Source: Trichoplax sp. H2
Lineage: Eukaryota
DNA: 64,000 nt
Direction of reading: 5' to 3'
Assembly: GCA_003344405.1 (NCBI GenBank)
Contig: NOWV01000103.1
Location: 1-64,000 of the forward strand
Both the position numbers and the translations under genes were made by a program. Below, piece after piece: positions 12,319 through 24,259 of this stretch; position 1 is the first letter of the stretch, and each line of letters starts with the position of its first letter. Under the pieces are notes generated by a model that was given only the letters and a program-made list of their open reading frames with translations, did not search any database and was not told the origin of the DNA.

Positions 12319-14400
12319 TCTCTACCTTGAACGAATTTAGCGTGTTGACATTATCGTTGGGCATAGGGAAGTATCAGCAGTTATCATCGGATCGATAGCA
12401 GTTCTATCTTTGAATAAGACACAGTTGATTTTTCTTGTCATCAAATGAAAAAAAGGTTGATTTGCGGGATTCCCAGCGAATCAATTGATCTTTTCTACTG
12501 TATATTAGCCCACCAAGGTAATTTCATCAAGATTCCTGATCAAATCGACTCTAGTTCTGTACTCTACGGATCATATTATGAGCAATGGCATATTATTAAT
12601 ACTACTACTATTCTATCACCATAAATATTATTATGGATTCTGTATCAGACGCTAGTTGCATACTAGACAGTACAGTACTATTACGCCATGATGCACAAGC
12701 CTTCCCAATGCAGTGCTAAAATGGTATAGTATACTAATAGAGATGGCGTGAAAATTTTGCTGGTGCTTATTAATTATGTATGCATGCAATTGTTTAGCTT
12801 TAAAACCTATCCACTTGTCACTTTGGGATAACAAAGGGCAATCTTGGAGATGGAGAGCGAGAGTGGGAGCTACTCCTGATCTCCTATTTCTAAGCATCCA
12901 AGAATGATGGTATGGGAGTAGGACACGTTCCTCGACTACTTTCATTACTGCTAAACTCTATGATTGTTCATATTAAACGAGATTGTAGCCATTCTTGATC
13001 GCAGTTTAGATACAATGAACGACCTTATAAAGGTATTTTTAAATGCAAGTAGCTGCTAGAATATTATGAGATCTTGCAAACTACAGGGTTATGCTTTTCC
13101 TAACTCGATTGGCACCGCTAGTGTGCCATCCGGTGCCATTATAACGTAGTCGCACCATGACTCATAAACTGGATGATTATTCATAGTAAAATTATTACAG
13201 TCATACAACAAACTAGCTTATAAAGATATCTTGCTTTTTAATACAAGTATCTGTAACTAAGGTATTATGCTTTTGCTAGCCCTACTCACACAGATAGCGT
13301 ACCGTGCATGTGCCCGTACAACTTAGCTTGCTGACTGTACCTATATGGAACAGCTTGGCTTAAATCCTTAAGCAAATATTCTAAACATAACTTACATTTA
13401 TCGCTCTAGAAACAAAAAGGTAATCATATATAGATACGCATCTTATACGATTTAATATCTATCTTGTATAACTTGTACCTATATTTTATCCCTCTGATCA
13501 CTACTTGAACAAGTGTACAATCAATTAATAATATTTGCAATTTATTATAGTACTGAATGTTACATTAAACTTAGAATACTATACTTTGCTCAAATTGCAT
13601 TATTGCATTAGTAGCACAAAAACCTGCAGTATTGTCATACAGTGTAAGACGGATACAAACATTACAAATGAAATGAAATAGTTTCAGCTTTATTGCGGAT
13701 ATCGTCAGTTGTCTTATAATTTTTCATTAATTTATGTGAGTTATACATCTATGTCGATCGAATGATATGTACGAAATTATTTACTACATCTTATATTGAA
13801 GTAGGAAATAAAGGCATCATTAATCATTAATGCATAGACACGTCAATAAAAGACATTGCCTGATGATTTGTACTCACAGTGATAATCATGACGGTACATT
13901 ATGGTAAATACACTTAGAAGATTTTCACACCATATTGATACACCATCTCCTCGCTAAGGCATCAGCAGCTATTAGATTAATTTTAATCTATGATTTTGCA
14001 ATTTAGAGTAAACAGCTAATCTATCAATAAACAACACTGTATAAAATTCAACATGGTAATCAGGGCTTTATCGGATTCCACCCTAACAACTAATTTTATT
14101 TTTTAGGAGGTGAAATAGCAATAATACTTTAGGATTACGTACAGACTTTGATGCAAATACTGAATCTACAGTAAACAAAGTTGAAAGGTATCAAAAATGG
14201 TTACTAGCTGATAATTCATATATATTGTTGTAAGTTATTCGATACACAGTTTTCTTAAGCATTCCATTAAATCCAATACTAGTACTGCATATTCATTCTT
14301 TGATGTAGCCTTTCAGAAAGTTATAGCAAAACTCTCAGCTTATATCTAATTAATTCAGTTTTGTAATATCGATTCCTTTTTAGCCATCTCGATAGGATGT

Positions 14401-17400
14401 TTATTTTCGCCAATACTACGAGCGAATAAATTAAACGATTATGAATACAACTGTAATACGTATTACTGCTAATATAAAAATTTTCCAAGAATTTAGACTA
14501 CTACTATACCTGGGCAACCTTATGGATGTGTTCTACTACAACTGGAAATAATGCTGTGACACTTTCATCAATTAATGATTGAATATGTTTTACAGCTTCT
14601 TCATCTGATAGATCTAAAACAAATTTATCTTGAACCTAAGATATCAAAATGAAATCAAGATATCAACTTACTATTGATGAAAAGCCATACAGATTCAAGC
14701 AAGTCTACTTAAAGATAAGTAACGAATCTTTAAAGGAACACTTTACTATCACTTTACCTTTTTCATAGTTTTATCAGGCTCCATAGCAATATCTGGAACG
14801 TTTGCATCCAACATCAGCGAGAACAAATTTAGGATCAAGTTTGCAGATCTTTAGAGACGAGAGATAATCAAATATTTAGTCACTAAAATACAATTAAATC
14901 AATTTTAAATTAGTTCATAGCTGTCGTAAACCTTCGAAGATGCAAGAACGCCGTATAGCAGAGTTGTCTAAATTCCTGGTAATGTTCTGTATACTGGCCT
15001 CCCATACCTTCCACCTTTCGTTGTAATCATCATAAATGATGTAACCATTATGGAGAGATAGAAACTCTAACAGCCTTTGCAATATAATTCTAGACTTACC
15101 ATTTCTTTGCTAAGCTTCATTGGAGGGGGGAATGGTTTAGGATCTCTACCAAGGATATATCCAAAATCGATATGGAATAAATTACCTTGATTGACATTAA
15201 AAAATCACTTCAGTTAGGATCAACATGGCTACTACCACCACGCTATTAACTATCAAAAGTAGCTTTTTCCTAAAGGAAAACACTTCTGGTATACAAGGTT
15301 GTAATGCTGTCAATGTTGTACCTGATTTAGTTAATAATAAATTGTCCAAATGTCTATCACCAATACCAAGTAAATACGTGATGATGCAATATCCAGCTAA
15401 GCAACCATAAGTCATGGAAATGGCAATATTTAAAAAATTTACAATCCAGCTAATATTGTACGATAATTACATTAGCATTATTAAATTTACTGATATCAAA
15501 AACTCATACCACAACTCTTTACGTAAGTATCCATAACTTCTGGATTAATGCTATATGGCGCGCCTTCACTTGGATTATGTTTTCTGAAGAAATTCTGTTG
15601 GTAGTATTTATAAAACATTTATTTCAATAGAATAAATTCAGTGACAAATACTTTAGTAATTATTGAAAATAAATTCTAACCGTACCTGAATGCTACCTTC
15701 AGCACCTAAAACCTCAGCTACGGCGGTGGAAGTTATATACTGTACAAATCCTATCATTGAAATAACAATTAGCGGGAGCAATTGAACGTACTGTACTGTA
15801 CAATCTATATTATTTGAAGATTTTATTAATTAAAAAAATTATGGATTAGATCGAATAGAACTTGCCACTCGTTGTACTAGTTGCTAAAACTTTATATGGA
15901 GTTAATTTCAGATCCAAATTTTCCATCCTTAACAGCTAGAAACGAAATTTATTGCCATAAGTTGTACTAATATTAGCAATTGAATTAAAAACAATCTATA
16001 ATTATAATTAATCCAAATTGACTGATTAAATACCTTATCCATCAATGTGATTATTTGCAAAATCAACTGATCCTGCCTAAGGTCGTCACCATTCTTGAAA
16101 ATAGTCTTAGATTTAATAAAAGGAAGAAATATTATAATGAATTACAAATCATGTACAATATTAAGGTGATAAATTTTTGACCCTGTCAATTAACATCGAC
16201 ATCTATTGACTATAAAATAGCCAAAAATACTGCTATAACTATACAATAATATTCACATGAGAAGTTAAACTTAAAATAAACATTACAACGTAAATATGAT
16301 CATCTACTGTCTTGAAAGGTAATCGACCAGGCATAAGATTACTCTTAAATAGCGATGCTTTATCTGTGAAAAGAAATTATTTTATATCAAATATTATATT
16401 CACTGTTCACTTGTTACTTCTTATTTTATCGAGTGCCATGAATAAAAGTATCTACAATAGTGTACCCGCAATAATTCCATTTATATGTACATTGGGATCT
16501 AAAGGAAACTGTAGCGGGTCGAAAGTAGTAAACTCCATCGATTTTATGTGGACACGCAATCGTTCAATCTACAAGAAGATCAGAAGGATTAGTATTAACA
16601 AATTTAATCTAGTTAGGGATTGATTACATTTAATTACTAAATGTCATGGCCTTGATAACCTTTTTCTTTCGATTGCCACCTTGTGAAACAACGGTGGACA
16701 TCAAAACTAGTAATTTATCGATGAATTTTTGCTGCCTGTGCATCATTCTAGCACGCATTTTATATTTGTAACCTCCCTAAAGAAAGATAATAGATCCGAT
16801 TTTTTACAAAGCACATGCATGATTATAATTGATGGCAATTGCGATAAAACTACAACTTACATTATTTAAACGATTCATAAACATCTTCATGACTGCTTTG
16901 TACATGATAGCAATCTTATCAGATTTTTTTAAATTAGGATCTTCGCATTCCACATGTAAGTACCTAATTTTTGTGATGTAAAGTATTTTTATTACTATTC
17001 TGTATCGTGTTAAAGCTCAAATTTTGGATATTAATGGCCATACTAAAATCATACCAATAAAAGTAGTTTGCTAAAGTATCATTTTTGCACGCTCTATATA
17101 TAAGAAAGGACGATAGATCCTGAGCCTAGGTAAAGGTGAAAGGAAAATTTTACTTAAAAAAAGTTAACTTTTACAACCGAGGGATTAAAATCTTACCAAT
17201 TCTTCATCATCTTCTTCTTCTATTGACAGCGGAGAGCTATCCTTCGACTGCTGCTTTAGCAAATCTTCAACTATAACGTTATAAATGTATTTTATAATCA
17301 TTTATTTGTGACTATCTAAAATATCAATAACAACGAAATTGAAATATTACCGGACTCCTTTCCTTGAGTAAATTCTTGTTTATTAGTAATTATTGTATCA

Positions 17401-20400
17401 ATGACCGTTCTTGACATTGGCTCCGAAAGATCGTCAATGTAAAGTTTCTGATATTTACAGATAATGCTATCCAGATTTTCATACTTTAATGCTTGCACTA
17501 ATTGTAAAAGGTATAGCAGCAAGTGCTAAAGAATATTTTAGCAATTAGACAAAGCAAATATGTTAACAAGTCTATCCTATACAGCAAAATGCCGCGATTT
17601 ATATAATTACCTCGTCATCGGCTTTCCATAATCTAGCTACAGCATAACCACGTACTTTTTCATGTTTATAATTTGTCGAAAGTAATTCCAACGCATCATC
17701 AAAATCCATTGGTGACCACTTTTCCAACAATTCTAATGCCTATGTAACAGCGACAATCATTCATATTTTAAAGTACTGAGAGTAGCTACGATAACTCAGT
17801 AGTACAGTAATTTGTTTTGCATCAATGCAAGTTAGATGTGAACCTGCTTAGCTTCTTGAGGTGTATCCCACTTCACACATCTTAAAAATTTAGGAAGAGC
17901 CTACGTACACGTACGGATATAGTTTGATAGCGTAAGTCAATAAATGACTAAAACGACATCGAGATAATTACATCAATTTTTTAGGACAAACTTTTTTATA
18001 ACTGGATAAATAGAAACGAAATCTCCAGATTAAATCTTCTTCGTCAGCCGTTAAAAACTTTGTAGGCGGATAATTCATAATTATCTGTTTATGCCAGGAG
18101 TTCAAATAAGATAGTTTAGTGAAAACATTGCAATACAAATCCTTGCTAAACATTCCAAGTAAATGAGACAATTTAAGATAATCTAGATTGTCTACATTCA
18201 GTAAGTCTCTAATTTCCGCATTGGGTTTAAGCTCGCGTGTTCCTGTCCTTAGGGCTCGCATCAATTTATGGTGCTTCATCTCAGCTAAATTACTCTAACG
18301 AGGATTACGCAAAAATTGCAAAGCTTCAGACAGATGGGAAAAAATGAAATGGAAATATCTGTTATTCCTTACACATTCTAATTCTGGATCCGGTAAAACA
18401 ATAATATCGTTTAATGGCTTAACAACATCTTCAGAAGTTGCATCCTGTCCACAAATAATTGAGTTAAGGATACAATCAAGTCTGTGGTACAGTGTGACAT
18501 AGTAAACGTACTTGCATTTTATTCTAATGAATTAGCAATAGAACTTACAACTAGCTATCATAACCTACCTTTTCAAAGTATACAATGCAATAATCGTCAT
18601 TTTCACGATGTATCCGTGGAAATTCCACCATTAAAAACATCATGTTAGAATCTCTTTTTTCTTTCTAATTAATATCAAAAATGGCCACATATAACTGACA
18701 AACCAATAGCGCTCATAAGAAGACTTATTTTATTGGTTATTATTCTCAAACGACACAACGAGCTAATTGAAGTTCATAATGATAAGAACGGTCATAACCT
18801 CATTAATTTGCTCAATTTCTCTAAAAGCAAGCCTATCAAGCCAATCGACTTCTTTCATTCGGCCTTTACGGTGTTTTTTGCTTAGCTAAAATTAGAGTAG
18901 GTAGGTGACGAGATAGTAGTGACGCCAAGTTATAACGAAATGTCTAGAGCGATTTTACGTTCAATTACTCCTGTCTAAAGTAGTAGTTTACCTTGCTTAA
19001 TCGCATCATTTGTTTCTGAGAGCAGTCATCGGACATTTTACCTGGGGTAGTAGTATTAACCTTCCCATCAGCCTCAACATCAGGCCACACTTTAAAATCA
19101 TGTATTCCGCGTCGGAAAATTCTGTGGTAGAAACAATGATACGAGTATATCCATATTTAGTTAGCTTACATGACACTACAGCAATCAGTAGTTTTGTAGT
19201 ATTAATTAATTCGGTTAAAGCAGATTAATAACTAGTATAATGCTGGCAAGTATTATGATTAGTATACTCTTAATCAAGGTAGGTATTTAGATACAATAAG
19301 TAAAGAAAATTGCATATACGTGTACGCGAGTGTAAGTTGAAGGATTACTTTGATTGAAACCTATCGCAGAAAAGTATAGTACAATTGCATTCTGCCTATT
19401 TTTGAAATTACCCGTTCTTGCCAAATAGTGATACCGTTGTTGCGCCAACAGGTATAGCTTTCTTTGACCCGTAAATATCCCAAATGGTAATAGCAATCTA
19501 TCATAAAGGTGTAAAGTAATGCAATCAAATGGATTGTTTTTCAAGTTAAGCAGTAAGTACTGCTTGTAGATCAGTCGTTGTATTGTAGATGAATGAATAG
19601 ATTAAGCAAATATGACAACCATTCAGATACCGTAGAAAGGCTTTAGTATCGAGAATAAGATTACTGTACCTGGGCATTCCTTGGCAAATCGCTATACTTG
19701 ATAGGTAATTTAATCCATTCATTCCAACTAAGAAATTACACGTGCAGTATTAGAATCAATATGTAGTCATGTATCCAGTCAATTTGTATATGCAAAATTA
19801 GCAATTTGGATACCAGCTATAGCAAATAAACTTACTTCCATCTTCTGCTAAAAGGTTTGTAAGATGTTCTTGTTGGCAGTGTTAATTCAACGTTGTTGTC
19901 ATAGACTTTGCATGATACAAATAGATCTGCTTTCTCACTATATGGAATCATAGTCAAGATTTCAAGTTTAATCTGGAGGCACAATACAATACTGTAGGAT
20001 GACGGATGAGAATCTTTCCTACATTCCTCGTACTGTATGGAGGCGATAGCATTAATGTACTACGAATCCATGGTAACGAGTATACGTCTAGAAATGGTCT
20101 GATTTTGGAAAATGTACTTGTACGTTTATCTATCCTCAATTAGCCTAGCAACATCATTGTCTACTGCTGGGATATTGATAGTATAAAACGATTACTGTAG
20201 ATTGATATGAGGAAGAAGAGCAGTCATTGCACGTTCTATCTGTCAAACCACTGCATCGATTATCCTTGTTGCTATTGCAGTTGTTATTGTTACAATGGTG
20301 ATATAATTTCACAACGTTCTAATGATAGTCGCATATTGATCGGTATATCTTCTCATCAAGGGTAAAGCTAACTCATTTATAACCTAGACTGATTATTCAT

Positions 20401-20855
20401 TGATTGCACTCGGTTGTGATTTTATATTCGACTTACCTTTCATAAAGACCTGAAAATTTTAAGACTGGATCGTCAACAAGAGCTTTTAAACACTTTCGAT
20501 CTCGTTTCCCTTCTAAAGTTCCTCTACATATTTGGATCAAGATATGATTAGATTTTTCTCCTTTACATTCTCATGTCTATCATCGTATTCATTCCTTATT
20601 ATTTACATCGACTTGGTAGAGAATGATTTAGTGTAGTCAATCAAGCATATTTATTGGTTATTGGAGAGAGACATCTTGTCTCGACAGACAGAATCTCTAT
20701 CCAGTAGAACGAATGCATTGCTTCATGCAACAACTCTTAGGGCAGAATAACGACTTACTTTCCTATCCATTTACTTACATTTTAATATAGACATAAGTAT
20801 CTAGATCGCAGCTGTAGACATAGTTAAACTTATCGAGTAGATCAGAAGCAGCCAT
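14401..20855 (-). CDS. PIK3C3: Class III phosphatidylinositol 3-kinase Vps34, multi-exon
   Basis: Starts [20 protein letters not shown]2 region [19 protein letters not shown] and helical domain [14 protein letters not shown]. Kinase motifs [25 protein letters not shown] and [15 protein letters not shown]. Ends AQYWRK*, stop at 14403-14401. Confidence 0.98.
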
Positions 20856-21329
20856 GACTGTGTATTCCAATTACGCCATTGAAGGCAAGAAGGAGGAGGA
20901 TAAGTTGCTGGTAGCCATTTCTCTTGCCACGTATGACGCAATGCTAGCCTGTCAGCGAGTTTCGTAGAATTTCAACAGATTTTGACTCTACTCCGATGGA
21001 GTGGATGGAGCAGTATACTGTATTTGCAAGATTTGACAAATGACCCCACTCTCGGCAATCGCAGTATGTCCAAAATATCGTCCTACCATTAAAAGCTATT
21101 TGACTGAGTTGGGTAGTAGCCCATGATACACTCTATAGTAGACTGATATTCCTGTCAAGCGACAGCAAGTAATTATTCAATTAGACTTAGGTTTGACTGA
21201 CTTGATTGGAGCGTATGCTACACTATCCTATATTCTACCCTCGAGCAAGGCAGTTGTAAATAAATAAAATGGCGAGCTGCTTGCATGCAAGTTTATAGCA
21301 GTCTAACCCTAATCTACAATCAATTAAAG

Positions 21330-23052
21330 GGCTTCCAAGAGGGAAAACTGGCAAAGTCCCTTGACCAATAATGACCTCCCTGCCTCGATTAGATCAGGGA
21401 CTGATTAAATGTCCAGAAAAGAAATTGTGTTGTGAAGAATCTGCCATCATCTGCAATGCTTCTCCATTACGTTTCTGCTTTGCAGCTGGCTGACCTAAAG
21501 TAAGCCAGAATCAATCACGGGCTTCTTAATAAGAGGGAAAACTAGCAAAGTCCCTGGATCAACAATCCCTGCCTCGATTAGATCAGCGACTGATCAAATT
21601 CCAGAAAAGAAATTGTGTTGTGAAGAATCTGTCATCATCTGCAATGCTTCTCTAGTACAGTACGTTTCTGCTCTGTAGCTGGCTGACCTAAAGTAAGCCA
21701 GAATCAATCACGGGCTTCTTAATAAGAGGGAAAACTAGCAAAGTCCCTGGATCAACAATCCCTGCCTCGATTGGATCAAGGACTGATCAAATTCCAGAAA
21801 AGAAATTCTATTCTGAAGAATCTGCCATCATCTGCAATGCTTCTCCAGTACGTTTCTACTTTGCAGCTGGCTGACCTTAAGTAAGCCAGAATCAATCACG
21901 GGCTTCTTAATAAGAGGGAAAACTAGCAAAGTCCCTGAATCAACAATCCCTGCCTCGATTAGATCAGCGACTGATCAAATTCCAGAAAAGAAATTCTATT
22001 CTGAAGAATCTGTCATCATCTGCAATGCTTCTCCAATACAGTACGTTTCTACTTTGCAGCTTGATGACCTAAAGTCCCTGGATCAACAATGATCTCCCTG
22101 CCTCGATTAGATCAAGGACTGATCAAATTTCTGATGATATGTCCAGAGGAATCTGTAAGCATCTGCAATGCTTCTCCAGTACTGCAAGTCTCTGCTTTGC
22201 AGCTGGCTGATCTAAAGTAAGCCAGAATCAATCACGGGCTTGTTAATAAGTGGGAAAACTGACAAAGTCCTTGGATCAACCATGATCTTCCTGCCTCGAT
22301 TAGATCAGGGACTAATCAAATATCCAGAAAAGAAATTCTATTCTGAAGAATCTGTCATCATCTGCAATGCTTCTCCAATACAGTACGTTTCTACTTTGTA
22401 GCTAGATGACCTAAAGTCCCTGGATCAACATTAATCTCCCTGCCTCTCTTAGATCAAGGACTGATCAAATTTCTGGTGATCTATCCAGAGGAATCTGTAA
22501 GCATCTGCAATGCTACTCCAGTACTGCACGTTTCTACTTTGCAGCTGGCTGACCTAAGTAAGCCAGAATGAATCATGGGCTTGTTCATAAGTGGGAAAAC
22601 TGAAAAAGTCCCTGGATCAACAATGATCTCCTTGCCTCGATTAGATCAGGGACTGATCCAATTTCTTTCTTTAGTAGTCGCTGATTGTATGACAGTATGT
22701 GTCATGCACCGTAGCGATGAAAGATGGCATGCACTGCGGCGAAATGCCAGAAAGAAATCTTATTCTAAAGATTCTGTCATCATCTGCAATGGTTCTCCAG
22801 TACGTGGCTACTAGGCAGCTTGCTGACCTAAAGCAAGCCAGAATCAATCAGAGGCTTCTTAAAAAGAGGGAAAACTTCAAAGTCCCTAGATCAACAATGA
22901 TCCTCTTGCCTTTGCTAGATCAGGGACTGATCCAATTTCTTTCCTTAGTAGTCGCTGACTGTATGCACCGTAGCGATGAAAAAATGCCCAGGAAAGAAAT
23001 TTGATTCTGAAGAATCGGTCATCATCTGCAATGCTTCTCCAGTACGTTTCTA
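21330..23052. repeat. Tandem array of about nine ~190-bp units with higher-order variants, between divergent PIK3C3 and SHC
   Basis: The TGCCT(CGATT) anchor occurs at 21381, 21570, 21763, 21951, 22099, 22292, 22441, 22633 and 22907. Spacings are 189, 193, 188, 148, 193, 149, 192 and 274. Confidence 0.95.
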
Positions 23053-24081
23053 CCGTATACTTCTACAGTGACTGTCATAGACTTGCCGATTACTTTGCAA
23101 GTAATGGACAAGTCCATGGCATAGTCTACAGCATGATTGAGCATCTCTTGTAGACTGCAGCCCATTTCTTCTAGCGGTTAAAGGATGATTCATTCATGCT
23201 TACTAACTTGCTTTTTATAAATGTGTGACAAAATAATGTATTATTATTATAATAATAATAATAACAATGTATGAGTCATGGCCACTCGGGGATTTTACCA
23301 GCCTACTGAGCACTGCCGGCGGCACTATCATATTTGTTTTTATCTTGGTTTTGAATCGTTGCTCTACTATAAAGCTTAGCGACAAATTGAAAGACTCAGC
23401 TCCAATCAATTTGCTGTGCAAAGTAGTCTCCAATTCGACCTGGTGGAAAATAGCCTCAAAGCTATTCATTGCTGACAGCTGAGCTCTATTTTTATTGTTG
23501 CTGGTCAGACTTTCTACCCTATTACTGTCTCAAAAGGATTGGGGGCTTAATTTCTGAAGCACTGAGCAATGTACAAATGGTACATGCTGTAGTCTGTAGA
23601 CTAGTCATTTGATTTAGTCAAAACAATCGTTGTCGGCATTGGAGGAGTATCGCTGTGAAGGATTAGTATAGCAATTTTCAATAGTCCATCATGTTGTAAT
23701 CGTCGCTTATGCTTTGCTGCTAGGACATTTTTACCAAATGCAGCTACGTCCTGCCAGCTCCATTCCATTTTTAAGGAATTTCTCTTATTAATTAAGCATC
23801 CCTGTTATAATGCTATACTACTGGGATATTTTTAACCAATGCTACTGCCTAGCTTAGTTTACTGCATCAACATTTCTACCTAATACTACTCTGCCTTCTG
23901 ATAGCTCATTTCTAGCGATCATGGCCATTTTTATCAACTGCTATAGACTTAATAAAGCGTACCGACTATTTTTCTCCTCGTTTACACTGTACCGTATGAC
24001 TAAAACCGGACACTACCCTATGATGTGGCATGGACATGATTGTTTCCCATAGTGTTTCTAGTGCTAGCACTGGTGCTGCAC

Positions 24082-24114
24082 TACATGACGTCATCACCAC
24101 GATGACGTCATGTA
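24082..24114. promoter_or_regulatory. Two full CRE sites (TGACGTCA) within a perfect 14-bp inverted repeat upstream of the SHC gene
   Basis: TACATGACGTCATC-accac-GATGACGTCATGTA. CREs at 24086-24093 and 24103-24110, about 150 bp before the ATG at 24260. Confidence 0.55.
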
Positions 24115-24259
24115 CTGCTGAAGATGACCTTTAAGGTGGAGTGACGTGCAATTGTGAGTCAATTTGTGACGATGATGACCACCAGGTGCTCAGCCGGACA
24201 CCGCACTGGACGCGTCTTAAATAAGCTGCCACTAGCCTACTAGGCATGCAAAATCCAAG

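Noticed and set aside
18445-18475. GTATCCTTAAC on the minus strand near a PIK3C3 acceptor (U12 branch-like)
   Set aside because: The intron's donor is GTAGGT (U2-type). Probably chance, at most a relic.
21330-23052. Array as a CRISPR or a C/D snoRNA cluster (minus-strand ATGATGA...CTGA in some units)
   Set aside because: No unique spacers or cas genes, and the context is eukaryotic. The C-to-D span is only about 56 nt, guides are too short, and boxes vary between copies.
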